Source: Orbicella franksi
Taxonomy: Eukaryota
Assembly (NCBI GenBank): GCA_964199315.1
Contig: OZ116708.1
Coordinates: 2,108,001-2,172,000, forward strand
Length of the DNA stretch: 64,000 nt
Direction of reading: 5' to 3'
Shown here: positions 1 through 13,200 of the stretch, in pieces
Position numbering within the stretch: position 1 is the stretch's first letter
Layout of the letters: each line of letters starts with the position of its first letter
Notes under the pieces: generated by a model
Told to the model about the DNA's origin: nothing
Seen by the model: the letters and a program-made list of their open reading frames with translations, nothing else
Database searches by the model: none
Translations under genes and position numbers: made by a program

Positions 1-54
1 CAGTTTTCAGGTAAAATTCTATCCCGGTTGTAATTACAGCAGAAATAATTCATT

Positions 55-247
55 AGGGCCTTTGCACGATCCGGTCACACGGTACGAAATCAATTATGCT
101 GGGACGCAAGTTGCACAGTGGGACTTCCAAAACAAAGGACCTCGTGCCAGTCAGCCCGACTCTCCTTTGTTTTAGAAGTCCCGCTGTGTAACTTGCGTCC
201 CAGCATAATTTATTCCGTACCATGTGACCGGATCGTGCAAAGGGCCT
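55..247. mobile_element. MITE-like foldback element with ~84-bp terminal inverted arms
   Basis: The left arm AGGGCCTTTGCACGATCCGGTCACACGGTACG...CAAAACAAAGGA is the reverse complement, with a few mismatches, of the right arm TCCTTTGTTTTAG...GTGACCGGATCGTGCAAAGGGCCT. The spacer is ~23 bp and there is no coding capacity. Confidence 0.8.
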
Positions 248-1299
248 CTTCATTCAACTGAGGACCCATACTGACTAGATCATTATTTCTCAAGTTACCC
301 GCATTTCATTTACACCGAGAGCGTTGTTCTCAAAAATCTGCAACTCTTGTCCTTAAAGAGTTGGATCTAGAAGACGTGGGTCACACTGTGCTGGAAACAT
401 GAAGAATACGACCAGTAACAACGCGATGAAATTAGAATGGTGACTGCTAAACTGGTGCATTGCAACCATAATTCCGTCACTTCCTTATCCAAAGTGGAAT
501 AGGACACTATAATTACCTCCAAAATCAATTGATACTGATTGCATGACGGAAAAAAAAAAAATTGTTTGCATATAAATTGTTCGGATGTATTCCATCACAA
601 GCGAATTCTTAAAACAGGAAGAAGATTCATAACAAAGTAAATCTCTAGACGGAGGCAAAAACATGTGACTCTTTCTAGTTTCACAGTTGGCGAAAGGGCA
701 GACATGGACTAATCCATACAAATAGATTGACAAGAAATGCGTTTCTCGATACAATATAAACAATATATATAAACAAAAAGGGGTCAATTTACGTCGCGCG
801 GCGTATAAATTTGCAGTTTACTTTCTATTTTATCATATGTTTCTTTTTCTTTTCCTTTTTTCTTTATTTTGCATATTAAGTAGGTTATTGTTCTATTTTG
901 GTAGTATTCTGATGAAAATGCTACTGCATTAAAACAATTCATGTGACAGTGTGTTGCCAGTGTTTTGGTACGTGAGAAAAATACTTTAAAAAAGATCCTG
1001 TTTTGTTTTCCATTCTCTCTTTTACTTACAAAACTGAAAGAAGCATACGTCAGTTATGGTTTGTTCTGAAGAGTAGCAAACAAATAGTTTCGTGACTAAG
1101 GAATACGTTTCATTCATACTTGGCTACAATTTTGTGGTTTTCAAATTGATAATTAATCGCATCGTCAACATACCGCGGCAAGGACGTCAAATTAAGTGTC
1201 CCCGGTGACCCACTATGCGTGTCATTCATTTATCACTGAGTTATTTTACTGAGGTGTGTTGGTAAATACGTCGTTACGCATACGGAAGTAAATTATAAG

Positions 1300-4200
1300 A
1301 TGGCTGACTCCAAGCAAAATAACACTTCAGTGTCAACTTTTGCCACTTTCTTATTAGTAGTCTACTTCATGTCTTCATCGCAAGTTGATGGAGATCTTCT
1401 TGTTGATCCTACGTTGATTGGGCAAGAGCTGCAGTCTATTGCGACGAACGCACTCGGTGTGGACGAAATGCAGGTAAGCAGAAGGCTTCAATAACAGATT
1501 TGTTTTAGTTGGATAGCAACGTTTGCGGTCAATTCAAAGCTCAATTTCAAAAGCTCAAATTTGAACATTAGAAACTTTGAATTCAAATTTGCGTTGACGC
1601 GAGTGAAATCAAATTTAGGATCTTCTAGTAGCAAAAGCTCGCGCTCAGGTTTGATTGACCATTTATGGGCAGTTATAGAATCAGAGTTAGTTTACTAAAG
1701 TAAACGTCTGTAATTGATGTTTTAGAGATGCGAATATCCAACCTGATGAAACAGTTGACACACACATTGAATTATTTATAACTGCTCAGCCATTTAAACC
1801 ATTTGTTTGTTAGACTGGAAGGTTTGCGGTGGACTGCAAGCAGTAAATAACAAGCTCTAGGTAATTTAACGTGTTCTACATTTCGAACACTGCATGCATT
1901 TACTGGAGGAAAGTGATAATTCTTCTCTTTCATTTTCGAAGGCTTAACCTCAGAAATATGTTAACGTGTACGTATAATGAATTCTATGCAAATAATCTCT
2001 CTATCGGTCATTATCAGGCTTGAAAGTAAAGATAAGAATTTTGCATAAGTATGAACATGGACGGTCATACTTATGCGAAATTAAAAATAAAAATTGTAAG
2101 CTTTTATGAGTTTGTTTGTCATCATGAAAAGATCAAAACAAGACTTCTTGCATGTGAGGCATTCGATTTGTTTCGGTTTCTAAACATGAGTCTGCACAGT
2201 TGTAGAGATATTGCGTTACGTTATACTGCACGTGCCCTAGCCCGTGTTATTTTGATCACCAGTTTGATTTCAGCCAATCAGATGCTTTGTATGATTATTT
2301 AATTTTGTAACAATTTAAGCAAAAGGACCGTCTGTATTTTGGGGTCCTGCATTGTGTGCAACACTGAGCGAATAAATCACTTAAAGCTCTTTCTTTGTTG
2401 TACGTTATTACACATCGATTTCGCTACATGGTGTCAGAAGTAGGACGGTCTAATCACACGCCTAAGGATGACTGACTCTCCAGCACAAGCACAAGCACAA
2501 GCAGTACAAGCAGGTACGTCACAGATTTTTGTTCCGCCGTCAAATTTGCCGCCGCCTAAAGCGCTAAGCTTTGACGACAATTTAGCCACGACATGGAAAT
2601 CGTGGAAACAAGCATGGAAACGCTACGAAATCGCCACCAGCGTGCACAAACAGGAAGGTGTTGTTCGCGTCTCGACTCTATTAAGCATCATTGGCGAGGA
2701 CGGTGTCAAAGCCCATGACACCTTCACGTGGAATGAGGGAGAAGACCAAAATGACATCGAGTTAGTTTTGCAGAAGTTCGATCAATTCTGTGCCCCCAGA
2801 ACACAAGTTATCTATGAGCGCTATCGTTTTAACAATAGAAACCAAGAGCCAGGCGAAAATATTACCAGCTACCTTACAGAGAGGCGAACGATCGCCAGAA
2901 ATTGTGCACATGATACAATCACGCCAGATGAAATACTGCGTGACCGCCTCGTGTTGGGCATACGTGACGATCGCGTACGCGAGAGACCTCTCCGTTTAAA
3001 CGATCTGACCCTTCAACGAGCCGTGGACCAAATCAAATCTTCAGAGCAGACCCAACAGCAGGTAAAACAAATGACCGGAGGAGACACGTTGGTCCACGCA
3101 TTGAATAAATCTGGAAACTCTGATCATGCTGAAGACGACAAGAAAGAAAACCACCGAGAAAAGAATGTTTCAATTGTGGAATGATCCATGGACGCGACTG
3201 CCCAGCGTATGGAAAAACATGTTTCAATTGTGGAAGAAGGAATCACTTTGCGCATAGATGCCAAGCTTCATCACGAGGAAGGAGGAACAGAGTCTCGACT
3301 GTTCATGAAACCGCTGATCCGAAACAAGATCCATACTACATCGGTTCAGTTGCTGAGAACAAACCCCAGGCACGGATGGCTGTCATCAAACTGCAAATCT
3401 CTTCGCCTACACCTGAGACAGAAGTTCAGTTTCAAATTGACACCGGATCTCAGTGTGACATACTCCCCGCCCGGATATACAAACAGGTGATAGGAGACAC
3501 TGAGCTTCAGCGTCTCAAACCTTGCCAAAAGGAGATCGTTTCGTACACAGGAGAACATCGCAAAATCACCGGCAAAGTCAACCTCCCCGTTTGGTCTGGA
3601 AGACATCGAAAGTCACTTGATTTTAACATCATTGATGGCGATTACCGGCCAATTTTGTCATTAAACACAAGCGTTGGCCTTGGCTTTGTAAGTCTGCACA
3701 ACTGCGATGTCCGAGCAATCCACGTCGACTCCCCCTCCACCACCCTGCAAGACGAATTCACAGATGTATTCGAAAGATTAGGCGCCCTTCCAGGAAAGTA
3801 CCAAATCGTTATTGACGAAAACATTCCACCATGTGTTCATGCCCCGAGACGAGTGCCAGTGGCTCTGCGACAGCGCATCAAAGAAAAGCTTGACGAGCTG
3901 GTTGAACGTAAAGTGCTCGTGCCAGTCACGAAACCAACTCAGTGGGTATCCAGCATGCTGGCTATAGTGAAACCGAACAAGGTACGGATTTGTATTGACC
4001 CAAAAGACCTCAACCGCGCGATACGTCGAGAACATTACCAGCTGCCCACCATCGACGAAGTCGCATCCCGATTAGCAGGCGCCAAGAAATTTACCCTCTG
4101 TGATGCCAAGGACGGTTTCCACCAAATCCTTCTGGACGACACGTCTAGCTATTTGACAACGTTCAACTCGCCTTTCGGACGTTACCGTTGGGCACGTATG

Positions 4201-7200
4201 CCGTTCGGCATATCCAGTGCTCCTGAAGTCTGGCAGCGACGAATGCACGAGTTCGTTGAAGACCTCGAGGGCGTTGAAGTCATCGCAGACGATTTTCTCA
4301 TCGCTGGCTTTGGTGCAACCGATACAGAGGTCAATGCCAGCCTCGAAAAGAATTAACGTGCGTTCCTTCAAAAGTGCCGTGAGTGGAACCTCGAACTTAA
4401 CAAAACGAAGTTCAAGCGAACCCAAACTGAAGTGCGATTCATGGGCCATCTCCTGACCCCGGAGGGCCTGAAGGCTGACCCATCCAAAGTGGGAGCCATC
4501 TTAGAAATGCCTCCACCGAGTGACGTAAAAGAGCACAAGAGATTCCTTGGCATGGTCAATTATTTGGCCAAATTCCTGCCCCTATTGTCTGACATGACGG
4601 AACCATTGAGAAGACTAGATGACAAGGAAGTTGAATGGTGCTGGCTTGAGCAACACCAGAAAGCATTTACCACCATCAAACAGTACTTGGCCGATGCTCC
4701 GGTATTGAAATACTATGACGTCAATGAAGAAGTCACGATCCAATGCGACGCTAGCGAGACAGGTCTGGGAGCGGTTCTTATGCAAAAGGGACAACCCATT
4801 GCCTTTGCGTCCAGAGCTCTGACAGATACAGAAACCCGATACGCACAAATCGAAAAGGAGTTATTAGCAATTGTGTGGTCAGCCAACAAGTTCGACCAGT
4901 ATATACTGGGACGCGATTGTGTGCATATCGAGTCTGACCATGAACCACTGAAAGCGGTCTTCAACAAGCCAGTTCACAAGTCGCCAAAAAGGCTTCAGAG
5001 GATGCTGATGGCTCTACAGAACTATTCTTTGGATGTCCAATACAAGAAAGGAGAACTCATGTGGATATCCGATGCCTTACGTCGCGCCTACCGCAACACA
5101 ACTGAGTTTGTACAGCATGACACAAGTCTCGTCTGCTCAATTGAGGAAATTGACCATTCGGAGAACCTCTCTATCGCCCCGTACCGAATCGCCGAATTCA
5201 GACGCGAGACAGCGAGTGATGCCGTCATACAAAGTCTAATTGCGTCAATAAAGAGTGGATGGGCGCCGTCAAAGAAACAGTGTGACCCGGTGCTTACACC
5301 GTACTATGACAGGCGAAGCGAATTCTTGGAGGACAAAGGATTAATATTCCTTGGGGAACGGCTGGTTGTACCTACATCCCTGAGGAAAGAAATGTTAAAG
5401 CAAATTCACAGGTCACACATTGGAATCGAAGGATGTCTCCGTCGTGCCAGAGAAGTCTTGTACTGGCCACTCATGAACGCCGAAGTGAAAGATTTTATTT
5501 CCAAGTGCTCAATCTGCCAATCCCATAAGCCTGACCAGTGTCGTTAAGACATGCAACCTTATCCAGTACCGCCACGCCCTTGGTCAATGCTCGCTGCTGA
5601 TCTGTTCGAGCTGGGACAACAGCAGTTCTTTCTTCTGGTGGACTATTGGAGTGGGTTCTTTGAAGTACGGGAGGTAAAAGTGGCAACGTCCGCCAGTGTG
5701 ATAGCTGCATGTAAAGTCCAGTTTTCACCACATGGGATACCCGACGTGCTAATCACCGACAATGGATCGCAGTTTGCGTCATCAGCTTTCACTGCCTTCG
5801 TGAGCGAGTGGCAGTTTGAACATCGTACCTCCAGTCCTCGTTATCCCCAATCAAACGACCGCGCAGAAAATGCCGTGAAAACCTGCAAGAATCTGATGAA
5901 GAAAGCAAAGGCAGATGGACAGGACCCCCTGTTAGCCCTTCTGGATTGGCGCAACACACCAACAGAAGGGATCGGTACATCACCGGCTCAGAGGCTGATG
6001 GGACTCCGTACTCGAACCTTGCTCCCTACACATCAAAAACTCCTGCTGCATTCCGGTCACAATGATACTGCAACCAGACTGGCTGGTCGCAAATCGCGAC
6101 AGGTGCGTCAGTACAACAAGAAGTCGCGACCCCTTGAACCACTGAGATATGGACAGGCCATCCGCATGAGACTCCCCGGAAAACCGGAAAGGTCTCTGGG
6201 GACATGTACACGTGTTTTGAAAAACAGGTCTTATGAAGTCGAGGTATGTGGGAGACGTTATCGTCGAAACCGTCGACAACTGAGAATGACACCTGAAGTT
6301 CTTCCGCCCGGTAACCTACAGGAAAGTGAGTTGCCTGACCCTCTCCCGAAACAGTCCCAGAAGTTGAGGCTAGAGACCAGTCAGATCCCCGAGCAAGAGA
6401 CAGCTGAGCCACTGGTAGCCAGTCGTAACCCCAACAGTGGGGCTCACACTGAACCTGAAGTGGAGCTAGTAGAGGTGCTACCACGCCGTTTAGAACGCAG
6501 GCGTTGTCCGCCTGTATGGCAACGAGACTATTACATGACGTGATTATCTCGTGATCTTGTAATCTCAAAGTAAACTGAACATTTATCATTGGAGCCTTGA
6601 ACTTGAACTTTCAGTTTTTTTGTTTTTTTGTTTTGCTTTTCTATTTCTCGTTGCATTTAATCTTATATAAAGAGGGAGATGTAGAGATATTGCGTTACGT
6701 TATACTGCACATGCCCTAGCCCGTGTTATTTTGATCACCAGTTTGATTTCAGCCAATCAGATGCTTTGTATGATTATTTGATTTCGTAACAATTTAAGCA
6801 CAAGGACCGTCTGTATTTTGGGGTCCTGCATTGTGTGCAACACTGGGCGAATAAATCACTTAAAGCTCTTTCTTTGTTGTACGTTATTACACATCGATTT
6901 CGCTACAACATTGCGAGCAACTGACGGCGGTTGAAAGACGGTGGGTAGTAAAAGTAATATAATTCAACATTGAAGTGAACGAATAAATATCTACAGAAGC
7001 AACAAATTTGCAAATGTAACTAGATAGGATAGGTCAATACACAGGGGCATCCAACGATCTGTTCCATAAAACTATGTTCCTCATAAATCCTGCAGGTTCA
7101 TCTAGAACATTTTATTTTATTCATTTTGTTTAGAAACATTTTGAAAGCCTTCAATACCATGACCAACTCATATCAGAAGATGACATCATTAACTTGGCCG

Positions 7201-10200
7201 GAAAGCTTCGTAACAGGTTTACGAGAAGGTTTGATATTGCAAAACGCCTTCAGAAGGCAGTTGAGGAATCGTACTCCAGGACAATGAGTACCGCGCCACA
7301 AAAAGAATGCTGCCTAGTCAATAAATCGACCCTGACGTACGATGCACGGTTTCGTTCCAAAGTCGACCTAGACACTATCTGCCTGAAAATTTCTGGTCAT
7401 GTTCCTGAAAATCCTGGATATTTAGACCACAGATTTTTCGAGGAAACGAAAGCCATTTCGGAGGAACATACTTATGTCAAGTGGCAGTACTTCGGATCAG
7501 AGGAAGGTGTTATGACCAACTTTCCAACATATGATGATTCTGAACCATGTGACAGATACGATCCTCGTTACAGACCTTTTTATGTGGAAACTGCTACTCC
7601 TGAAGCGAAAGATGTGGTGCTTGTTATGGATACAAGCTGGTCTATGACTGGAGACAAATTAAGGGTCGCTAAAGAGGCTGCAATAACAGTTTTAGATACC
7701 ATGAATCCAAAAGATCAGGTAAGTAATATTCAGTTATGTTTGAAAAGAGGGCAAGTCAGCTTTGTCGTTTTAGAGAAAGACGTTCCCAAATTATTGAACA
7801 AGGGCCAAAACTTCCGGGTGCAGGTCGAATAACATTAATATTTTGCACCTTTTGTTTGGCAAGGAATGCAGTGCAGATTGCACGTGCATTTCCTACCAGG
7901 AATATGGCCACATTAATGATTGTAAATGTAAATGTAAATGTAAATGCAAATTTAATGTCAAACACAGGAAGTGCTTGCGCGATCACCCGAGCCAGAGGCT
8001 CATGATAACTAGTGCTTGACAATAATCCAGATCGAATTGGAATTTGGAAATGTTTTTGAGGAGAGGGGAAAACCGGAGAACCCGGAGAAAAACCTCTCGG
8101 TGTAAAGAATTGAGAACCAACAAGAAGCTCAACCCACATATGACGCTGGGTCCGGAAATCGAACCCGGGACACATTGGAGGGAGGCGAGCGCTCTCACCA
8201 CTGCGCCAACCCTGCTTATCACACATCACGAGAATACCCCTGCTGAACGACCTTCTGAAAGGTCGTCCCCCCACAAGTGACTACAAATGATGGTTTCTAC
8301 AACTATTTCCATTCATCTATTCACTGGCTTACGTTAAGAGTGAGGTTAATTTTCCTTGCTCCAGGTTACTTGATTTTCGTCGTTCTAAACTGATCTAACC
8401 ACGTGGGCCACGGAGTGTCATGTGACTCTTTTGACCCAATGATTTTTAATTTTAAGGTTGGCATTGTTTCATTTGTGGGGGACGTCAAGACGCCACAAGA
8501 TGTTGACTGCTACAGTGAGCAGTTAGCTCTTGCAATTCCTGCAAATATAAGACATTTGAAGGACTTCGTCGATAAACAACACGCTTCTAATGGTAAGTAA
8601 ATGGCAACGTACCTGACTGGATAAAGGAGTCGACTTTCCCACGCTGCAAAAAACGAATGATCCATCTGATATTCGTATAGTGCGTAGTTACACCACCTAT
8701 GTAGTTGATCTGTAAGGTTGTCACGACACCTTTCAGTTTTTTGAAACATGATTTAAAAATTTAACTTCACATACTCGCCGCGGCAGTTGATTTAACTGTA
8801 AACTGCAAATTCAAGATTGATAAATAGCCAAGCCGTCAAAAGAATCTATCTTCTGTCCCCAGTTTTACCGGTTATTGTCCTATCTGCAAGCAATGACAGA
8901 ATGGTTTCTCCAAGAGAGTTCGTTGATGCTCTTATTTCTTGCTTTACAGGTCAAACAAGATTCATACCGGCTTTTGAGAAGGCGTTCGAGTTACTGAAAG
9001 GCTCGGTCTCTAAAAACTCAGGGAAAAGCAAAAAACGAGTTATTTTATTTCTGACGGACGGGGATCCCTCGGATTCCAAGGCTGACTTGTTCGGGATCAT
9101 TAGGGACCGGAACTTGGAGCTCAATAACTCTGTCATCATTCTAACGTACGGATTTGACAGGGCATACCAGGAAATTCTGATAGATATCGCCAACCAAAAC
9201 ACGACAAAGTATGGCGTACCAGCAAATACGTCTGTCGGAGACATCGCGGTAATGTAGCAAATGTAACGCATTGTTGATGCGCCACTCCCACTCATAGGCT
9301 TATTCAGCAGACCAACAGGGGATTGGGGCAGAAAATCCCCAGGCTGACCTTTAGAACTTTTTTAGTATTTAGGGATAAAAAGCCGCCCAGATTTGCGAAT
9401 TTGGTTGAAATTCAATTGAGAACAATTTGGTTTGACATGTCATTGTAATCAAATGCGATATTTTTAGGGAGAATTTAACGTTCCCGTGGCGACGGTATTT
9501 TGAGCGACATTTGACAGATATGAAACTTTTTGTGTTTTCTTTATCAAAATCTGACTTGCATGCAGGACTTTGAGGTAGTTTCGATTTTCTTAATTTTGAG
9601 TCATTTTAATTGTTTGTCGAGTGCTGCTCTACAGTGATCGATATATGTTTTTGAGATTTCCAAAATCATGCTAAAAATGGTGACAATGTCCCTTTAAGTA
9701 CTTGAGGTGGGTGCTTTTTGGTTTCATAAATTTAGTATGGCATTTGAAGACAACATTTTCAAACTAATTAATAATTTCATCAAGTCTAAACAAAGGAAAT
9801 CATGACCGTGACAGTGTTTGGATATCTTATCTTAATTAGCATAGATTTTTACGACTTTTATTTCCGTTTTTCTTCTTACTTTAGGTTTTGATTGAGAACA
9901 TTTATCAAACACTCAAGACAGTGTTTAACCACATTTCCAAGCACCTCAAAGTTCGTCAAAGATACTCCGCTACGCGTCGTATATTCAACTCTCTTCTCGG
10001 TGTTTGAAAATGTGGTCAAACACGGTCTTCCGTGTTTGAGATATTACTTCTCTCTGTTACTTATCCTTGAGGTTATATAATTGGACGTACCTCCAGACTC
10101 CAATACCTATATACCATACTTTAGACATTCTTGAAATTACGTAGGATCGTTCTCTCGATCATCCTTGTCTTAGAATCTGAATAGGGCAAGATAATGTTCC

Positions 10201-13200
10201 TCTTTGAGCTGTGACTCTCTCTATCTCTAGCGTGGAAGCTACACTTTTGTTGAAGATATCAGGACGCTGAGAAGCAAAATGGCCACGTATTATGCTCTAT
10301 TTGCGAAGCAGCTTAGTCGTCCAGTGGTTTCTGTACCATATGTTGACGCGTTTGGGACCGGTAAGAGAAATATAATAACAATGACAATGGCAATGACAAT
10401 GACAATGATAATCATTTTAAATTGAAATTTTAATATTCCAACACGTTTAATGTACAGAATAATGTTACAGAAGCTAACTCGTTAAAAAGAATGTCAAAAA
10501 TTTAAATAATAAAAGTAACAATTTGTAACATCGAATATCTTGGTTTTCACATTAAGTTTGTTTTGAAATTATTGTCCATGTCTTAAAAGTGAGAGCTGAA
10601 TAGAAGTTGGCGAGCTCGCTAATCTTTCTTTTTTCCTTACTCCATTTTCAGGGCTTTTAGTGTCTGTAACCCTGCCTTGCTACCATCAAGGAAGGTTTAT
10701 TGGCGTGACTGGGACAGATATCAATATTGAAGACCTTATGCCTGACATTCTTGAGTACGTTAAACAAGGCAGGACCACCTATGCTTTTATGATCATGACA
10801 TCTGGAAGGACCGTAATCCATCCACTTCTACCAGCTCCAGCTGACGCCTACGGTTACCCTATTTATATGGACATAAGGAACCTGGAACGGCCGGAGTCCG
10901 AGTTCAAGGCCATTTTTGACTCGATGGCAAGGTATGTGCATCGACGTGAATCCATGAAATAAGATTGGGATCTTCTATATTAAAGGGAAGTGCGATGGCA
11001 TAATGGTTGGTGCGCTGACCCTCGGATCGCCCGTTTTAGCTAGGGCGGTTTGTTTTTCCATTACAGACCTGGTGAAATCATCCAGAGAGTTATTATTTTG
11101 TCCATCTAAAAATTACTCATTCATATTCAAGCCACTAATTGAAAATTTAAAAGCAAGAATTCTCGGGAGTGTTATATCATGGTGTGAAATGGGGCAGCAG
11201 ACCGCCCAAGCTAAAAAGGTATATTGCGCTCTCAGCTAAGACCTTTTACTCTTGGATTTTTTGCTTTTGTATGCCTCCGTGATGTTACTGAGGACACGGA
11301 GATAAACTCGGCCTGATGTATGGTCGTTACCTCGCTTAACCTGATATATAGAGACCTTACGTTGATTTAAATCAGGTGTTTCTTTGAAAAAATACATAGA
11401 CACTTAAATAAAGTTTTCATTCATTCATTCATTCATTCATTCATCCATCTATCCCAAATCGAAAAGCCATACCGATTACTTAGCTTTAAAGAAGTTCTCC
11501 TAGTGCCGAAAGTTCTTTTTGCTTGGGGTGGAAAATTCAAGACATAATGGAGGTATCCGTGCAAGCAGGCTCTGGGAAGCTGAGCGCCTGAGGCAAGAAC
11601 ACTGTCTGGCTAGGTTATATATACAACAACAACAACAATAATTTTTATTTTCCTTCATTTTAAAATTACATGTTAGTTGGCCCGCGGATAGCAAGTGCTA
11701 ATCTAGGCGGGCCATTAATCGCTTGAACTAGATTAATTAAACAACACTGATATTAATTAAATAGCAATACATATCTGGAGAAGTTTCAAATTCGTCGGGT
11801 GATCAATTTAAATCAATTCTTCTCTTTGATTGCTCAAGAGGTGTGAATGGATCCAAATCATTCTACGCCGCCCGGTATCTACCTAACGGAGGAAACATAA
11901 CGGAAGGAGTCACAGAGACGTATATTAACTCAACATATCATTGGCGTCCTCTAGATGGCACGGATTTTTATCTTGGAGTAGTCATACCAATCTCCATGAA
12001 GAACGAAATGTTAGACACTTTGAAAATCCCAGTTGGTAGGTAAATTAGGTTTGTTCCCTTCTCTGTCTGATTGACTGACTGATTGGATGATTAATTGTTG
12101 ATTGAGTGAGTGGTTAATTGAGCGATGCATTGTCTGACTGACTGATGACTGACTGACTGACTGACTGACTTAGTGACTTACTGACTGACTTAGTGACTTA
12201 CTGACTGACTTACTGACTTACTGACTGGATGATTGGTTGTTTGGTTGGGTGGGTGATTCTTTGTTTGTTTGATTGACTGATCGATTGACTGATTGATTGA
12301 ATAATTCATTCATTCATTCATTCATTCATTCATTTATTCATTCATTTATCCATTCATTTGAGTATGTAGAGCATGTTTGTTAGAACCTCCTTAAAATACA
12401 AAAGTTGTGCTTTACTTGATAGAAGCATAAAACATGAGACCATACTGTTGACAACAATCTTTTATACCTTTCCTCAGATTACACCTTTAACTATCATCGA
12501 ATAGACCTGGCGCCAACTCAGAAGACGTGTTTAAACTTTGGACGACTAGCAACAAAGGGTAAGAACAAAATTAAACCATATATGAAGACATTTTGTCAAG
12601 AAACCACTAATTCGTGTGAACGCATGAAATTCAAACCCATTTCGGTCAGTTACTGTTGGATATTTCGAGCTCCATGCAACTTTGAACTATTTCCCTGTTG
12701 CGCTTTAAGTTCGAGGTGGCGAGATTTAACTGTACCGTCGAACCTCTGTTAAGCGGCGCCCTATTAAGCGGCCAACTTCTATTCGGCGGCCAATGGCCAA
12801 AGTCCCGGAAAAATTGTCAGCCACATACTGTAGTAAAAACCTCTTTACAACGGCCACCTCTATTAAGCGGCCGCGGCCAGCTTCTTGCCGTTCCAAGGGT
12901 GATTTTGTTTTGTTTTATACCTCTACTAAACGGCGAGGAAGATCAGATTTGAAGTGGGACGGTTTTTAGCCAGATGAAGGTAAAAGAATGGCAATGTGGA
13001 ATACTGTAAAAACACATTTTGAACAGTGTTAAATTATGACAATCACAGAACAAAGTCCGCAACGGTTTAGTTTGTTTGCACAGCACACGAGCCAGTGTTG
13101 GGTTGACAGAAAACGTCGCGTAATTGTTTCTTTGGCTTTTGTTAACGTTATGAACTGCATTATAGCTATCATTGTTCCACTTTTTTCTCCACTTGCATTT

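Larger units (their letters stand above)
2201..6907 (+). mobile_element. Full-length Ty3/Gypsy LTR retrotransposon (Mag-like), 4707 bp, in intron 1 of gene A
   Basis: Two 228-bp TG...CA LTRs, a PBS, a PPT, an imperfect 5-bp TSD (ACAGT 2196-2200 / ACATT 6908-6912) and domain order gag-PR-RT-RH-IN. The Mag-like call rests on the short LTRs, tandem Cys-His knuckles, IADD RT motif and 5-bp TSD. Confidence 0.93.

Noticed and set aside
3110-3184. Programmed -1 frameshift between gag and pol
   Set aside because: The shift falls inside gag, before the zinc knuckles. The near-slippery TGGAAAC is followed by stops in the -1 frame (3121, 3130), and no canonical heptamer lies in the permitted interval. 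A mutation is more likely.
10990-11080. Additional degraded SINE head and a Tigger-like end near 19140-19275
   Set aside because: Too short or degraded, or truncated by the gap, to delimit with confidence.
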